From Pontiella sp. (GTDB lineage Bacteria; Verrucomicrobiota; Kiritimatiellia; Kiritimatiellales; Pontiellaceae), in assembly GCA_050290185.1 (NCBI GenBank), contig JBNKHE010000001.1, forward strand, positions 740,803 through 804,802: a DNA stretch of 64,000 nt, given 5' to 3'. Below the pieces are notes generated by a model, which was not told where the DNA came from, ran no database searches, and was given only the letters and a program-made list of their open reading frames with translations. The position numbers were made by a program, and so were the translations under genes. Numbering within the stretch: position 1 is the first letter of the stretch; every line of letters starts with the position of its first letter. Positions 55,285 through 64,000 of this stretch are shown in pieces.

Positions 55285-56907
55285 ATGGATTTCGATATAA
55301 AAATCGAGAAAGGGCTCGTGTTCGACGGAACTGGAAATGATTCAATTCCCTGCGACATAGGCATTAACAATTCATTAATTACAAAAATGGGCGACCTTTC
55401 ATCCGAAACCGCCGAAAAAACGATCGATGCTTCCGGATGCATTGTTTGCCCCGGATTTATCGATACCCACTCCCATTCAGATGTGTATCTGCTAATCGAG
55501 CCCTCGGCGGCATCGAAAATCTATCAAGGCATCACCACCGAAATCTGCGGGAACTGCGGCGCCTCTGCCGCCCCCCTCAACGGCGCCTATAAAATGCCCT
55601 CCGACTGGTGCGCACAGCTGGATGCCGTGCGGCAAGGCGCATGGAGCAAGGGGACCGGAAAAGATGCCGAGGGCGTCCCGCCCGCCCTAAGACCCTGGAA
55701 AACCGTCGCCGACTACCGTGAACGCTATGCCGAGGCCCAACCAGCCATCAACGCCGCTCTACTGATCGGCCACAACACCTTGCATGCCGGCATATGCGGA
55801 TACGAGCCGTGCGCCGCCACCCCGGACGAAATGCGGCAAATGAAAATGGAACTGGAACGGGCACTTGAAGAAGGCGGTATTGGTCTAAGCTCCGGCCTTG
55901 CCTACCCGCCCGGCTCCGCCGTCCCACGCGAGGAAATCATCGAGCTTTCCAAGGTGGTTGCGAAACACGGCGGCCTCTACACCACCCACATGCGTTCCGA
56001 ATCCGGCGAGCTGCTCGAAGCGATCGACGAATCCATCGACATCGCCGAACGTTCCGGCGCACGACTCCAGGTTTCCCACCTCAAGGCGTCGGGTTCCGGC
56101 AACTGGGGCAAGATCAATGCCGCCTTCGAGAAGATCCGTTCCGCACAGCAGCGCATCTCGATCGGCTCCGACCGCTATCCCTATACGGCCGGAAGCACAG
56201 ATCTAGACATTCTGCTACCGCAGTGGGCAACCTATGGCGGGCGCGACGCCATTCTCGCCCGCATCCGCGATCCCGAAACCCGCAAGAAACTCCGCGCCGA
56301 ATTCGACAACAAGCCTTCTGACTACTGGGACAACGTAATGGTCGGATCCACACAGTTCGAAGATTTCAAGGGGAAATATCTACCCGAAATCGCCGAAGCC
56401 CTCGGCATGGAAACGGTCGACGCCTTCCTTTACCTGATTGACACCGACGACCTGAAAACCGGCGGCGTGTTTTTCAGCATGTCGGAGGATAATCTCTGGC
56501 GGGTTTTGGCAGAGCCGTATGTCTCGCTTGGATCCGACGGCTCGATGCGCGCGCCCTGGGGTCCCCTCAGTACGGATCACCCCCATCCACGCGCCTACGG
56601 CAGCCACACCAAATTCCTGCGCGCGGCGCTCGACGGGGAAACGGTCCACTTGGCCGAAGCCATCCATAAGATGACCGGCCTACCCGCCATGCAGTTCGGC
56701 CTGAACAAACGCGGCCTGCTGAAAGTGGGCTATTCGGCCGACATCCTTGTATTCGAACCCGCCGCCATCAAGGAAAACACCACATACGCCCACCCGCACC
56801 AGCTTTCCGACGGCATGCGCCACGTCATCGTCAACGGGGTCCATTCCCTGGTTGACGGCAAACACACCGAAAATCGCGGTGGACAATTTCTAGCCCAAAA
56901 CGACTGA
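55285..56907 (+). CDS. N-acyl-D-amino-acid deacylase (amidohydrolase family)
   Basis: PGFIDTHSHSD, QGITTEICGNCG, GLSSGLAYPPG, THMR, SHLK, DRYPY.AGST, GSDG, HPRAYG. Confidence 0.9.
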   Translation: MDFDIKIEKGLVFDGTGNDSIPCDIGINNSLITKMGDLSSETAEKTIDASGCIVCPGFIDTHSHSDVYLLIEPSAASKIYQGITTEICGNCGASAAPLNGAYKMPSDWCAQLDAVRQGAWSKGTGKDAEGVPPALRPWKTVADYRERYAEAQPAINAALLIGHNTLHAGICGYEPCAATPDEMRQMKMELERALEEGGIGLSSGLAYPPGSAVPREEIIELSKVVAKHGGLYTTHMRSESGELLEAIDESIDIAERSGARLQVSHLKASGSGNWGKINAAFEKIRSAQQRISIGSDRYPYTAGSTDLDILLPQWATYGGRDAILARIRDPETRKKLRAEFDNKPSDYWDNVMVGSTQFEDFKGKYLPEIAEALGMETVDAFLYLIDTDDLKTGGVFFSMSEDNLWRVLAEPYVSLGSDGSMRAPWGPLSTDHPHPRAYGSHTKFLRAALDGETVHLAEAIHKMTGLPAMQFGLNKRGLLKVGYSADILVFEPAAIKENTTYAHPHQLSDGMRHVIVNGVHSLVDGKHTENRGGQFLAQND

Positions 56908-56960
56908 TTCCGGGTCCGGATCACGCTTCAGGATTGCCTCTCGACATATTCCCATATTAA

Positions 56961-56976
56961 AGGCATGCTTTTTGCG
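56961..56976 (+). promoter_or_regulatory. Putative sigma54 promoter
   Basis: AGGCATGCTTTTTGCG (GG-N10-GC), 46 nt upstream of ATG 57023. Confidence 0.6.
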
Positions 56977-57022
56977 TATTAGCATTGAATAACTCCAGTT
57001 TCACAAAAAGGGGAATCATAAT

Positions 57023-60000
57023 ATGAAATCGTCAACGGTCTTCGGCGTGGTGTTTACTGGTATTTTTCTAACGTTGCCCGTTCTGGTGCAGGCTCAACCG
57101 GCTTATTTTCCCATAGCTACCAACGGCGTGGCAATGAGCCTTGCATTTGACGGAACCAACTATCTCATCGGCATCGAAAACCACCAGACGTCCCCCTCCA
57201 CGATCGGCGCCCAAATGATTTCCGACTCCGGCAACAAGATCGGATCGTTGATTTCAACAGGGCGCTCCGGCATCTCGACCGCCGTCGCATTCGATGGAAC
57301 CAACTACCTCCTGATCTGGGAAGACGACGGACTCGGCACGCTGACCAACGGAGACACTCGGATATACGGACAGTTCATAGGCACATCGGGCACAACAAAC
57401 GGTGCGCCATTTGATATCAGCGGCCCAAATGCCTGGTTCGATGGAATCAAAACCATGGCCTACGGCGGCGGCAAATACCTGGTGACTTACACGCAGCTTA
57501 TTAATCCAGCATTGGGTGAGGATTCCACCAACCGCTACATTGCCGGACGAATCGTCGATCCCAACGGAACGGTGGGAAATGAAATAAGGATTAGCACGGG
57601 CTATGGCCAGGAAAGCGATGTGGCCTTCGATGGCGCCAACTTCTTCGTGGTCTGGTGCGAAGACCAATTCGACACGGAAATCCGCGGGCGACTAGTGACT
57701 CCTGCCGGCTTCATCGGCTCGGAAGTGTCCATCAACGCCAGCGCAGCCCCCAGCGATAATCCCAAATCGGTCACCTTCGACGGAACCAACTACCTCGTGG
57801 TATGGAACGATGCGGTTACGACGAATGACTTGAATTGCCTTGGCCAGCGGATCGATACCAGCGGAAGTCTCGTCGGCAACGTGATAACCATCACAGATGA
57901 ACCCGGATCGCAGATGGTTACCACAGTTGCATTTGATGGCGACAACTACATGGCCGCCTGGATCGACATGCAGAACGAAACGAACTGGAACATGTATGGC
58001 CAGTATATCAGTCCTATCGGCTCCCTGATCGATAGCAAGATCACCCTCAGCACCAATGCGCTAAACCAACTGGGAGGAATCGGGTTTGCCGATGGAAACT
58101 ATCTTGTTCTGGTGAACAACGGCGTGGAGATGGGAGAGGGAGGAATCACCCAGGTCGATAACGCCACGGGCGCGTTCATCACACCCTCTTCAGGACCGCC
58201 CCCCTCGCCCTTCAGCGATGACTTCAACGACAACGTCGTGGATACAAACAAATGGAGCGACGATATTTTTGTGGATTCCGGAACAAACGCCGCCCTGACC
58301 GAAACCAATGGCCGACTGGAATTTACCGGCAGTACATCCGGAACGAATTCCACCGTCATTATCCGCCCATGGATCGGCTCTCTTGGAAGCTATACACAAA
58401 ACTGGGAAGCGGCGGTCGACGTCAATCTGGGAACGCTCACACTCCCTGAAAACTCCGGCATGGAGATGTTCCTGGCCGTGATCGATGCCAGCGACGAAAC
58501 CCTGGGCAACCGAATTGTGGCGGAACTGAGCCTCGACCAGGACTTCGACGGGCAGAGTCGGGAGTACAGCGCAAGTCCCGCCGTTGGCGATGTCGAGCTG
58601 TACGACGTACCGCACTACGGCTACATTACAACTGCGGATACCATCGGCCGGTTGCGCATTGCTTTCGATGCCTCCACGAAAGTCCTCGCTGTTTCATACA
58701 ACGGAAATCCGCTGAGCTGGCTGGATGTCGACGAGGCTGGAACCAGCTGGGGCATGACTGCAGACGCCGGCTTCTCGTTTGCCTTGGGGGGCAGCATGTG
58801 GGGCAACGCTACCAACAGCGGTCACGCAGCCTATGCCGACAACTTTGAGTTCCGGACCGGCGACCAGCTGGACTACCTCCTCACAGTCAACAACGGTAGC
58901 GGAAGCGGGACCTATACCAATGGCGTCGGCGTCGGCATCGTGGCCGCAACCGCGCCTGCGGGACAGGTTTTCGACAAGTGGGTCGGTTCAACGCAATACC
59001 TGTCCGCCGCGGATTCCGCATCGACCACCGTCACCATGCCCGCCCAGGCCATCAGCATAACGGCCACCTACAAGCTGACCGGAATGGCCATCGGCGACGA
59101 CTTCAACGACAACAGCGTAAACTCCAACCTCTGGGGAAAAGATGTCCTCTTTGATAGTGGGACAAACATCGTATCGACGGAAACCAACAGCCGACTGGAA
59201 TTCACAGGTAGCGCCGTTGGCGGAAACGACTCATCACTCCTGCATCCATGGATCGGAAACGTGGGCAGCTACACTCAGGACTGGGAAGTCGCCGTGGACG
59301 CCCATGTGGGCTCGGTTGCATTGTCCAACCAGTGGGACGACAGCAGCCTGTTTCTTGCCGTGATCAAAGCCAGCGATGCCTTGAGCGACAACTACAACGA
59401 CTATATGTCGGTTGAACTCTATAAGGAATGGGGCGACAACGGCATCGAACGCAGATTCGAGATAAACGCCGGGGCCGGCGCCAATGATGTTCTGTGGTTC
59501 GAGGAAGCGACCGCCGCCGAGCAAGGCCGGTTGCGCATCGCCTTCGACGCCTCCACCAAGATCCTCACGGCCTCGTTCAACGGAATGCCACGGGCCTCGC
59601 TCGACGTAGACCAGGTAGATTCCCAATGGAACATGACCGACGCATCTACCTTCATGTTTGTCATAGGCGGAAATTTTTACGGCAACTTCAGCTATACTGG
59701 GCACGATGTCTATGCCGATAACTTCACGACGATTGGATCGGCTCCAACGCCGGCGGACTGGGATGGGAACGGCCTCCCCGACTGGTGGGAAAGGTTGTAT
59801 TTCGGTGTCCCGGGGGTTGACCCGAACTCCATTTGCGCGAACGGATTTAACACGGTCCAGCAGGCCTACATTGCCGGATTCTCCCCGATCAATCCGGAAT
59901 CCTCGTTCGGCATCACGGGAATCAACGGCAACCAGATCCAATGGGATGCAGTTTCCAACCGCGTATACACGGTGTACTGGTCGACCAACCTCCCGGACGG

Positions 60001-60106
60001 CTTCCTGCCTCTGCAAACCGACTATACCGGCGGTTCCTACACGGATTTGCTACACGGCGCGGCCGATAGCTGCTTCTATAAACTCGACGTCCAGTTGCAG
60101 CAATAA
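57023..60106 (+). CDS. Large secreted modular protein (AFDG.NY propeller-like repeats, two beta-sandwich domains, B-repeat, C-terminal module)
   Basis: Signal peptide; about seven (A)FDG.NYLvvW repeats; duplicated DDFNDN...TETN.RLEFTGS...LRIAFDASTK domain; LTVNNGSGSG...FDKW. Confidence 0.85.
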   Translation: MKSSTVFGVVFTGIFLTLPVLVQAQPAYFPIATNGVAMSLAFDGTNYLIGIENHQTSPSTIGAQMISDSGNKIGSLISTGRSGISTAVAFDGTNYLLIWEDDGLGTLTNGDTRIYGQFIGTSGTTNGAPFDISGPNAWFDGIKTMAYGGGKYLVTYTQLINPALGEDSTNRYIAGRIVDPNGTVGNEIRISTGYGQESDVAFDGANFFVVWCEDQFDTEIRGRLVTPAGFIGSEVSINASAAPSDNPKSVTFDGTNYLVVWNDAVTTNDLNCLGQRIDTSGSLVGNVITITDEPGSQMVTTVAFDGDNYMAAWIDMQNETNWNMYGQYISPIGSLIDSKITLSTNALNQLGGIGFADGNYLVLVNNGVEMGEGGITQVDNATGAFITPSSGPPPSPFSDDFNDNVVDTNKWSDDIFVDSGTNAALTETNGRLEFTGSTSGTNSTVIIRPWIGSLGSYTQNWEAAVDVNLGTLTLPENSGMEMFLAVIDASDETLGNRIVAELSLDQDFDGQSREYSASPAVGDVELYDVPHYGYITTADTIGRLRIAFDASTKVLAVSYNGNPLSWLDVDEAGTSWGMTADAGFSFALGGSMWGNATNSGHAAYADNFEFRTGDQLDYLLTVNNGSGSGTYTNGVGVGIVAATAPAGQVFDKWVGSTQYLSAADSASTTVTMPAQAISITATYKLTGMAIGDDFNDNSVNSNLWGKDVLFDSGTNIVSTETNSRLEFTGSAVGGNDSSLLHPWIGNVGSYTQDWEVAVDAHVGSVALSNQWDDSSLFLAVIKASDALSDNYNDYMSVELYKEWGDNGIERRFEINAGAGANDVLWFEEATAAEQGRLRIAFDASTKILTASFNGMPRASLDVDQVDSQWNMTDASTFMFVIGGNFYGNFSYTGHDVYADNFTTIGSAPTPADWDGNGLPDWWERLYFGVPGVDPNSICANGFNTVQQAYIAGFSPINPESSFGITGINGNQIQWDAVSNRVYTVYWSTNLPDGFLPLQTDYTGGSYTDLLHGAADSCFYKLDVQLQQ

Positions 60107-60113
60107 TCTGACA

Positions 60114-60149
60114 ACATTCCATTCCGGCCAAAACAGGCCGGAATGGAAT
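60114..60149 (+). terminator. Hairpin after the secreted-protein gene
   Basis: ATTCCATTCCGGCC-AAAACA-GGCCGGAATGGAAT; no clear U-tract. Confidence 0.5.
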
Positions 60150-60205
60150 CAATGATCCGCTTATGAATTGATCGCTTTTATCGCGTATGCCATAAAAGCT
60201 GGTCT

Positions 60206-61246
60206 ATGAATAAAACAACCATCACTTGCCGAGAACGCTTCCTGCGCGCCTGCCGCTGCGAGGCCAACGTCCGCCCCCCGATTTGGATGATGCGCCAGGC
60301 CGGCCGCTCCCTGCCCGAATACCGCAAACTCAAGGAAGGCTACCGCTTTACCGAATTGGTCCAGAACCCCGAGCTGGCCGCCGAGGTTACCCTCCAGCCC
60401 GTTCGCCGTTTTGGCTACGATGCCGCCGTGGTCTTTTCCGATATCCTCGTCATCGCCGAGGCCATGGGCCAGAAATACGAACTGCTCGACCAGGGCGGCG
60501 TACGGATGGACTTCGAACTCAACTCGAAGGCCGACGTCGACAAGCTCGATCCCAGCCACGTGATGGATCACATCGCCTACACCCCCGAAGCCATCAAGCT
60601 GGCCCGCAAGGAACTCGGCGACGAGCGCGCCATCATCGGTTTCGCCGGCTCGCCGTGGACGCTCGCCTCGTTCATGATCGAAGGCGGAAGCTCGCGCGAA
60701 AACACCCGCTCGCGCGCCATGCTCTATTCCGAGCCCGCGCTCTGCCAAAACCTGCTCGAAAAGATTACCGAAGCCACGATTGTCTACGTCAAGGCGCAGA
60801 TCGAAGCCGGTGCAGACGTCATCCAGATTTTCGACAGCCAAGGCGGCACGCTCTCCCCCAACCTGTTCTGGGAAGTCTCCGGAAAATGGATGAAGCAGAT
60901 CGTCGCCGCCATCGACGGCGCGGCACCCACCATCGCCTTCGCGCGCAATGTCCACCACAACTGGGATGAAGTTGTAAAGACCGGCGCCAATGTCCAGGGC
61001 ATCGACTGGAGCATCAACCTGCGCGATACGGCCGATCATCTTCCGTCGAACGTCGCCGTGCAGGGAAACCTCGACCCCGCGGTTCTGAACGCAAAACCCG
61101 AAGCCGCCGCTGCAGAGGCTCAACGCCTGCTTGAAGAGATGCGCGGACGCGACGGCTTCATCTTCAACCTCGGCCACGGCGTCCCGCCGGACGCCGACAT
61201 CGCCGCCATCGAAGCCGTCACCCAAACCGTGCAGAATTTTGGGTAG
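60206..61246 (+). CDS. hemE: Uroporphyrinogen decarboxylase
   Basis: PIWMMRQAGRSLPEY, FSDILV, IGFAGSPWTLA, QIFDS, QGNLDP, FNLGHG. Confidence 0.96.
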   Translation: MNKTTITCRERFLRACRCEANVRPPIWMMRQAGRSLPEYRKLKEGYRFTELVQNPELAAEVTLQPVRRFGYDAAVVFSDILVIAEAMGQKYELLDQGGVRMDFELNSKADVDKLDPSHVMDHIAYTPEAIKLARKELGDERAIIGFAGSPWTLASFMIEGGSSRENTRSRAMLYSEPALCQNLLEKITEATIVYVKAQIEAGADVIQIFDSQGGTLSPNLFWEVSGKWMKQIVAAIDGAAPTIAFARNVHHNWDEVVKTGANVQGIDWSINLRDTADHLPSNVAVQGNLDPAVLNAKPEAAAAEAQRLLEEMRGRDGFIFNLGHGVPPDADIAAIEAVTQTVQNFG

Positions 61247-61286
61247 ACAGCCGCCTTTAGGAGATGGGGCATTCGGTGCCGATGGG

Positions 61287-61322
61287 TGTAGCCGCGGGCC
61301 GAGGTCATGGACCTCGGCTACA
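61287..61322. repeat. REP-like element (GTAG family)
   Basis: TGTAGCCG...GCCGAGGTC-ATG-GACCTCGGCTACA. Confidence 0.6.
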
Positions 61323-61351
61323 GGGTATGGGGCCTGACTGGATAAGTGACT

Positions 61352-62293
61352 TTAGAAGCCTCTTGACTTAAGCCACTGGCTGCAAGCCTCCGGCCAGCTT
61401 GATTCGGTATTTTTCGACCATCCCAATCCATAGCCATGCCCCCCGGATTGGTATAAATGCAGCTCGCACGGAATCTTCAACTTATGAAGCGCCATGGCGT
61501 AGGCGATACTGTTTTGCACCGGAACCGCATCATCATCGAAGGATTGGACCAGGAATGCCGGCGGGGTATCACTGGTCACCTGCAATTCGTTGGAGAAATG
61601 CTTCACCAGTTCCGGCGATGGATTATCGCCCAACAAGTTCACACGCGACCCCTGGTGGGTGATGCCCGCCCCCATGGATATAACCGGATAGATCAGCAAC
61701 GAGAAATCGGGCCGGGCACTGGTTGAATCTTCGGGCTCATATACCTTTTCATTGAAATGGGTGGAGAGCGTCGATGCCAGATGTCCCCCGGCGGAAAACC
61801 CCATGATCCCGATCTTATCGGGATCGATCCCCCACTCCTTGGCATGGCGGCGAACCATGCGTATCGCCCGCTGTCCATCCTGCATCGGGCCAATCGACTT
61901 GTTTTCCATGATGGCACTATCCGGCAAACGGTACTTCAACACGAACGCGGTGACCCCCAAGCCATTCAACCATTTAGCAACCTGCGCCCCCTCGTGATCG
62001 ATGGCAAGCCCCCAATAACCGCCGCCAGGGCAAATGATTACCGCCGTCCCCGTTGCTTTCCCGGAAGGTGCCGGGTACATATCCAGGGAGGGATCGGTGA
62101 TGAACCGCATCTTGGTCCAGTTGTTATCCGAATCAACGGTTTGCTTGTAGTCGCTGTTGGGAATACTCCCCGGCACCTTGCCGTTCCACAAATCAATCAC
62201 CTTGGTTTGGGCAAAAAGATTGCCGGAAAACGCAACCATGCAAACAAGTGCCATCGCAATATGCTTAAAACCCAATGTCTTCAATATCTTCAT
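61352..62293 (-). CDS. Secreted alpha/beta-hydrolase (carbohydrate acetylesterase-like)
   Basis: Signal peptide, ICPGGGY, FVLKYRLP, GFSAGGH, RPDF..LIYPVI, DDDAVP, GGHGYG. Confidence 0.88.
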   Translation of the reverse strand: MKILKTLGFKHIAMALVCMVAFSGNLFAQTKVIDLWNGKVPGSIPNSDYKQTVDSDNNWTKMRFITDPSLDMYPAPSGKATGTAVIICPGGGYWGLAIDHEGAQVAKWLNGLGVTAFVLKYRLPDSAIMENKSIGPMQDGQRAIRMVRRHAKEWGIDPDKIGIMGFSAGGHLASTLSTHFNEKVYEPEDSTSARPDFSLLIYPVISMGAGITHQGSRVNLLGDNPSPELVKHFSNELQVTSDTPPAFLVQSFDDDAVPVQNSIAYAMALHKLKIPCELHLYQSGGHGYGLGWSKNTESSWPEACSQWLKSRGF

Positions 62294-62626
62294 GATCAAA
62301 CCGCCAATCCATTGCTTGTTTCAACACCCATACATGGCCCTTCTTGTGTTTTTTGCGCCCGTTCGAGGCTCAAAACTCCCCGCCTTTAACAGGAGAGACA
62401 CCACCCGGAGGATCGTTCCGGCAAGGGGAGTTATGCTGGAAAGGTGTAGAGGAGGGCAGGATTCATGTCAAGATTGAGCGCCCTGCAGTCCAAGGCATAT
62501 ACCGTAGTCCAGCGACTAGCGCGGCACTGCACGCTGTATTTCTCCGGAAACCACCATAGAAGCGACCAACCGCTTTCCCGGAAAACTGGTATTTCTCTTT
62601 AGCTCCAAAACCTGCATAGTTCCACT

Positions 62627-63982
62627 ATGAATTCAATCCATGTCAGTCTCGATCAACTCCGCAAATACAACCAGCCGGGCCCGCGCTACACCTCGTACCC
62701 GCCGGCGACCCATTTTACGGAGGAGTTTGTATTTCCAAACCACAAACCACAAACCGCAAACCCGCTTTCGCTCTACTTCCACCTCCCCTTCTGCGCCCGC
62801 CAGTGCCTCTACTGCGGTTGCACCAACATTGTTACCGGCGACCAAGGCAAGAGCGCCGAATACCTCGACTACCTGACGCGCGAATTCGAAATGCGGGCCC
62901 AATATATCGTCAACGGTTCCGAAGTGCAGCAGATCCAGCTTGGTGGCGGAACCCCGACCTTTTTCCTGCCATCGGAACTCGAAGAACTTGGGCGGCTGAT
63001 CCGCAGCCATTTCCCCGTTGCATCTGACGCCGAAGCCGGTGTCGAAATCGATCCGCGCGCGTTGACCAAGGATAAAGTGGAAGCCCTGCGCAACGCCGGC
63101 CTCAACCGCGCCTCGCTCGGCGTACAGGACACCAATCCGGAAGTGCAAAAGACCATCATGCGCATCCAGCCGCCGGAAATGATCGCCGAAGCCAACCAGT
63201 GGTTGCGCGAAAGCGGATTCGAATCCGTAAACTTCGACCTGATCTACGGCCTGCCGAACCAGACCGTCGAATCGTTCAATGCAACCCTCGACGAGGTGCT
63301 GGCCTTCTCGCCCGACCGTTTCGCCATCTACAGCTACGCCCACATTCCCTGGATCAAGTCGTTCCAGAAAAGTTTCGAAGACCAGCTGCCCGGCCCGGAA
63401 ACCAAGCTGCAACTACTTCAGCTCATCATCGAAAAACTGACCGGCGCAGGCTACGTCTACATCGGCATGGACCACTTTGCGAAGCCGGACGACGCCATGG
63501 CGCAGGCGCTGGCCAACGGCACCCTGCAGCGCAACTTCCAAGGCTACAGCACCCACAAGGGCGTTGATCTCCACGGTTTCGGCATGTCGTCCATTTCGCA
63601 CGCCGGCGGAAACTATTTCCAGAACCACAAGGAGCTGGCCGACTACTACGCCGCCCTCGACGCCGGCAACCTGCCGCTCCTGCGCGGCTACGCCATGACC
63701 GACGAGGACAAGATCCGCTACCACGCCATCATGCATATCATGTGCAACCTCTACATCGACTACGCGCAGCTCTCCGCCGAAATGGGCATCAACTTCGCCG
63801 AACACTTCAAGGCCGACATCGCCTCGCTCGACGACCTCGAAACCGACGGCCTCGTCCGACGTGAAAAAGGCGGCCTGCACGTCACCCCGCTCGGCCGCCT
63901 CTTCGTCCGCATCATCGCCATGCGCTTCGACGCCTACATCCAGACCGAACAGCGCAAAGGCCGCTACTCGCAGACCGTTTAA
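62627..63982 (+). CDS. hemN: Oxygen-independent coproporphyrinogen III oxidase
   Basis: GPRYTSYP, LYFHLPFCARQCLYCGC, GGGTPT, DLIYGLP, IGMDHFA, RNFQGYST, RYSQTV. Confidence 0.95.
   Translation: MNSIHVSLDQLRKYNQPGPRYTSYPPATHFTEEFVFPNHKPQTANPLSLYFHLPFCARQCLYCGCTNIVTGDQGKSAEYLDYLTREFEMRAQYIVNGSEVQQIQLGGGTPTFFLPSELEELGRLIRSHFPVASDAEAGVEIDPRALTKDKVEALRNAGLNRASLGVQDTNPEVQKTIMRIQPPEMIAEANQWLRESGFESVNFDLIYGLPNQTVESFNATLDEVLAFSPDRFAIYSYAHIPWIKSFQKSFEDQLPGPETKLQLLQLIIEKLTGAGYVYIGMDHFAKPDDAMAQALANGTLQRNFQGYSTHKGVDLHGFGMSSISHAGGNYFQNHKELADYYAALDAGNLPLLRGYAMTDEDKIRYHAIMHIMCNLYIDYAQLSAEMGINFAEHFKADIASLDDLETDGLVRREKGGLHVTPLGRLFVRIIAMRFDAYIQTEQRKGRYSQTV
62736..62763 (+). repeat. Four heptamer tandem repeats inside hemN
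   Basis: CAAACCA CAAACCA CAAACCG CAAACCC. Confidence 0.85.
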
Positions 63983-64000
63983 CGTAGAGGCGACGCCCTC
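63981..64000. repeat. Start of a REP-like element (GTAG family), cut by the window edge
   Basis: AACGTAGAGGCGACGCCCTC directly after the hemN stop; related to 22450-22477. Confidence 0.5.

Overview
Bacterial chromosomal window, most likely from a PVC-superphylum organism (Kiritimatiellota/Pontiella-like). That assignment is an inference from the PEP-CTERM and FGE-like proteins, DUF2851, REP style and gene content. Left to right: (1) a minus-strand surface-polysaccharide locus (Wzc, PEP-CTERM protein, beta-barrel, Wza, lipoprotein, giant beta-helix/Ig-repeat protein) with several sigma54-type promoters; (2) secreted beta-helix/FGE protein, DUF2851, an internally deleted MFS remnant, U32 peptidase and a degenerate EF-G paralog; (3) two tandem HAMP-DHp membrane proteins without a kinase domain, an XRE regulator and a secreted phosphatase; (4) a fadD-fadI-fadJ-acyl-CoA dehydrogenase-acyltransferase/hydrolase-thioesterase operon, tRNA-Leu(GAG), a four-repeat AsmA-like protein and a DEAD-box helicase; (5) an aspartate-family/polyamine cluster (ApgM-like, speA, two trans-sulfuration enzymes, CASDH, nspC) interrupted by opposite-strand inserts; (6) porins-glnK-amtB, D-aminoacylase, a large secreted protein, hemE, an esterase and hemN. 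The most notable unexplained structures are a PaaX/Cas2-like gene bracketed exactly by about 40-bp self-palindromic inverted repeats (45958-46861), a recombination scar that duplicated the nspC 3' end and a porin 3' end at a CATCCAGC microhomology, a conserved leader motif on both porin genes, a shared C-terminal module on three unrelated secreted proteins, and a PEP-CTERM protein with a 96-aa tail. All family calls come from motif recognition by eye; no searches were run.
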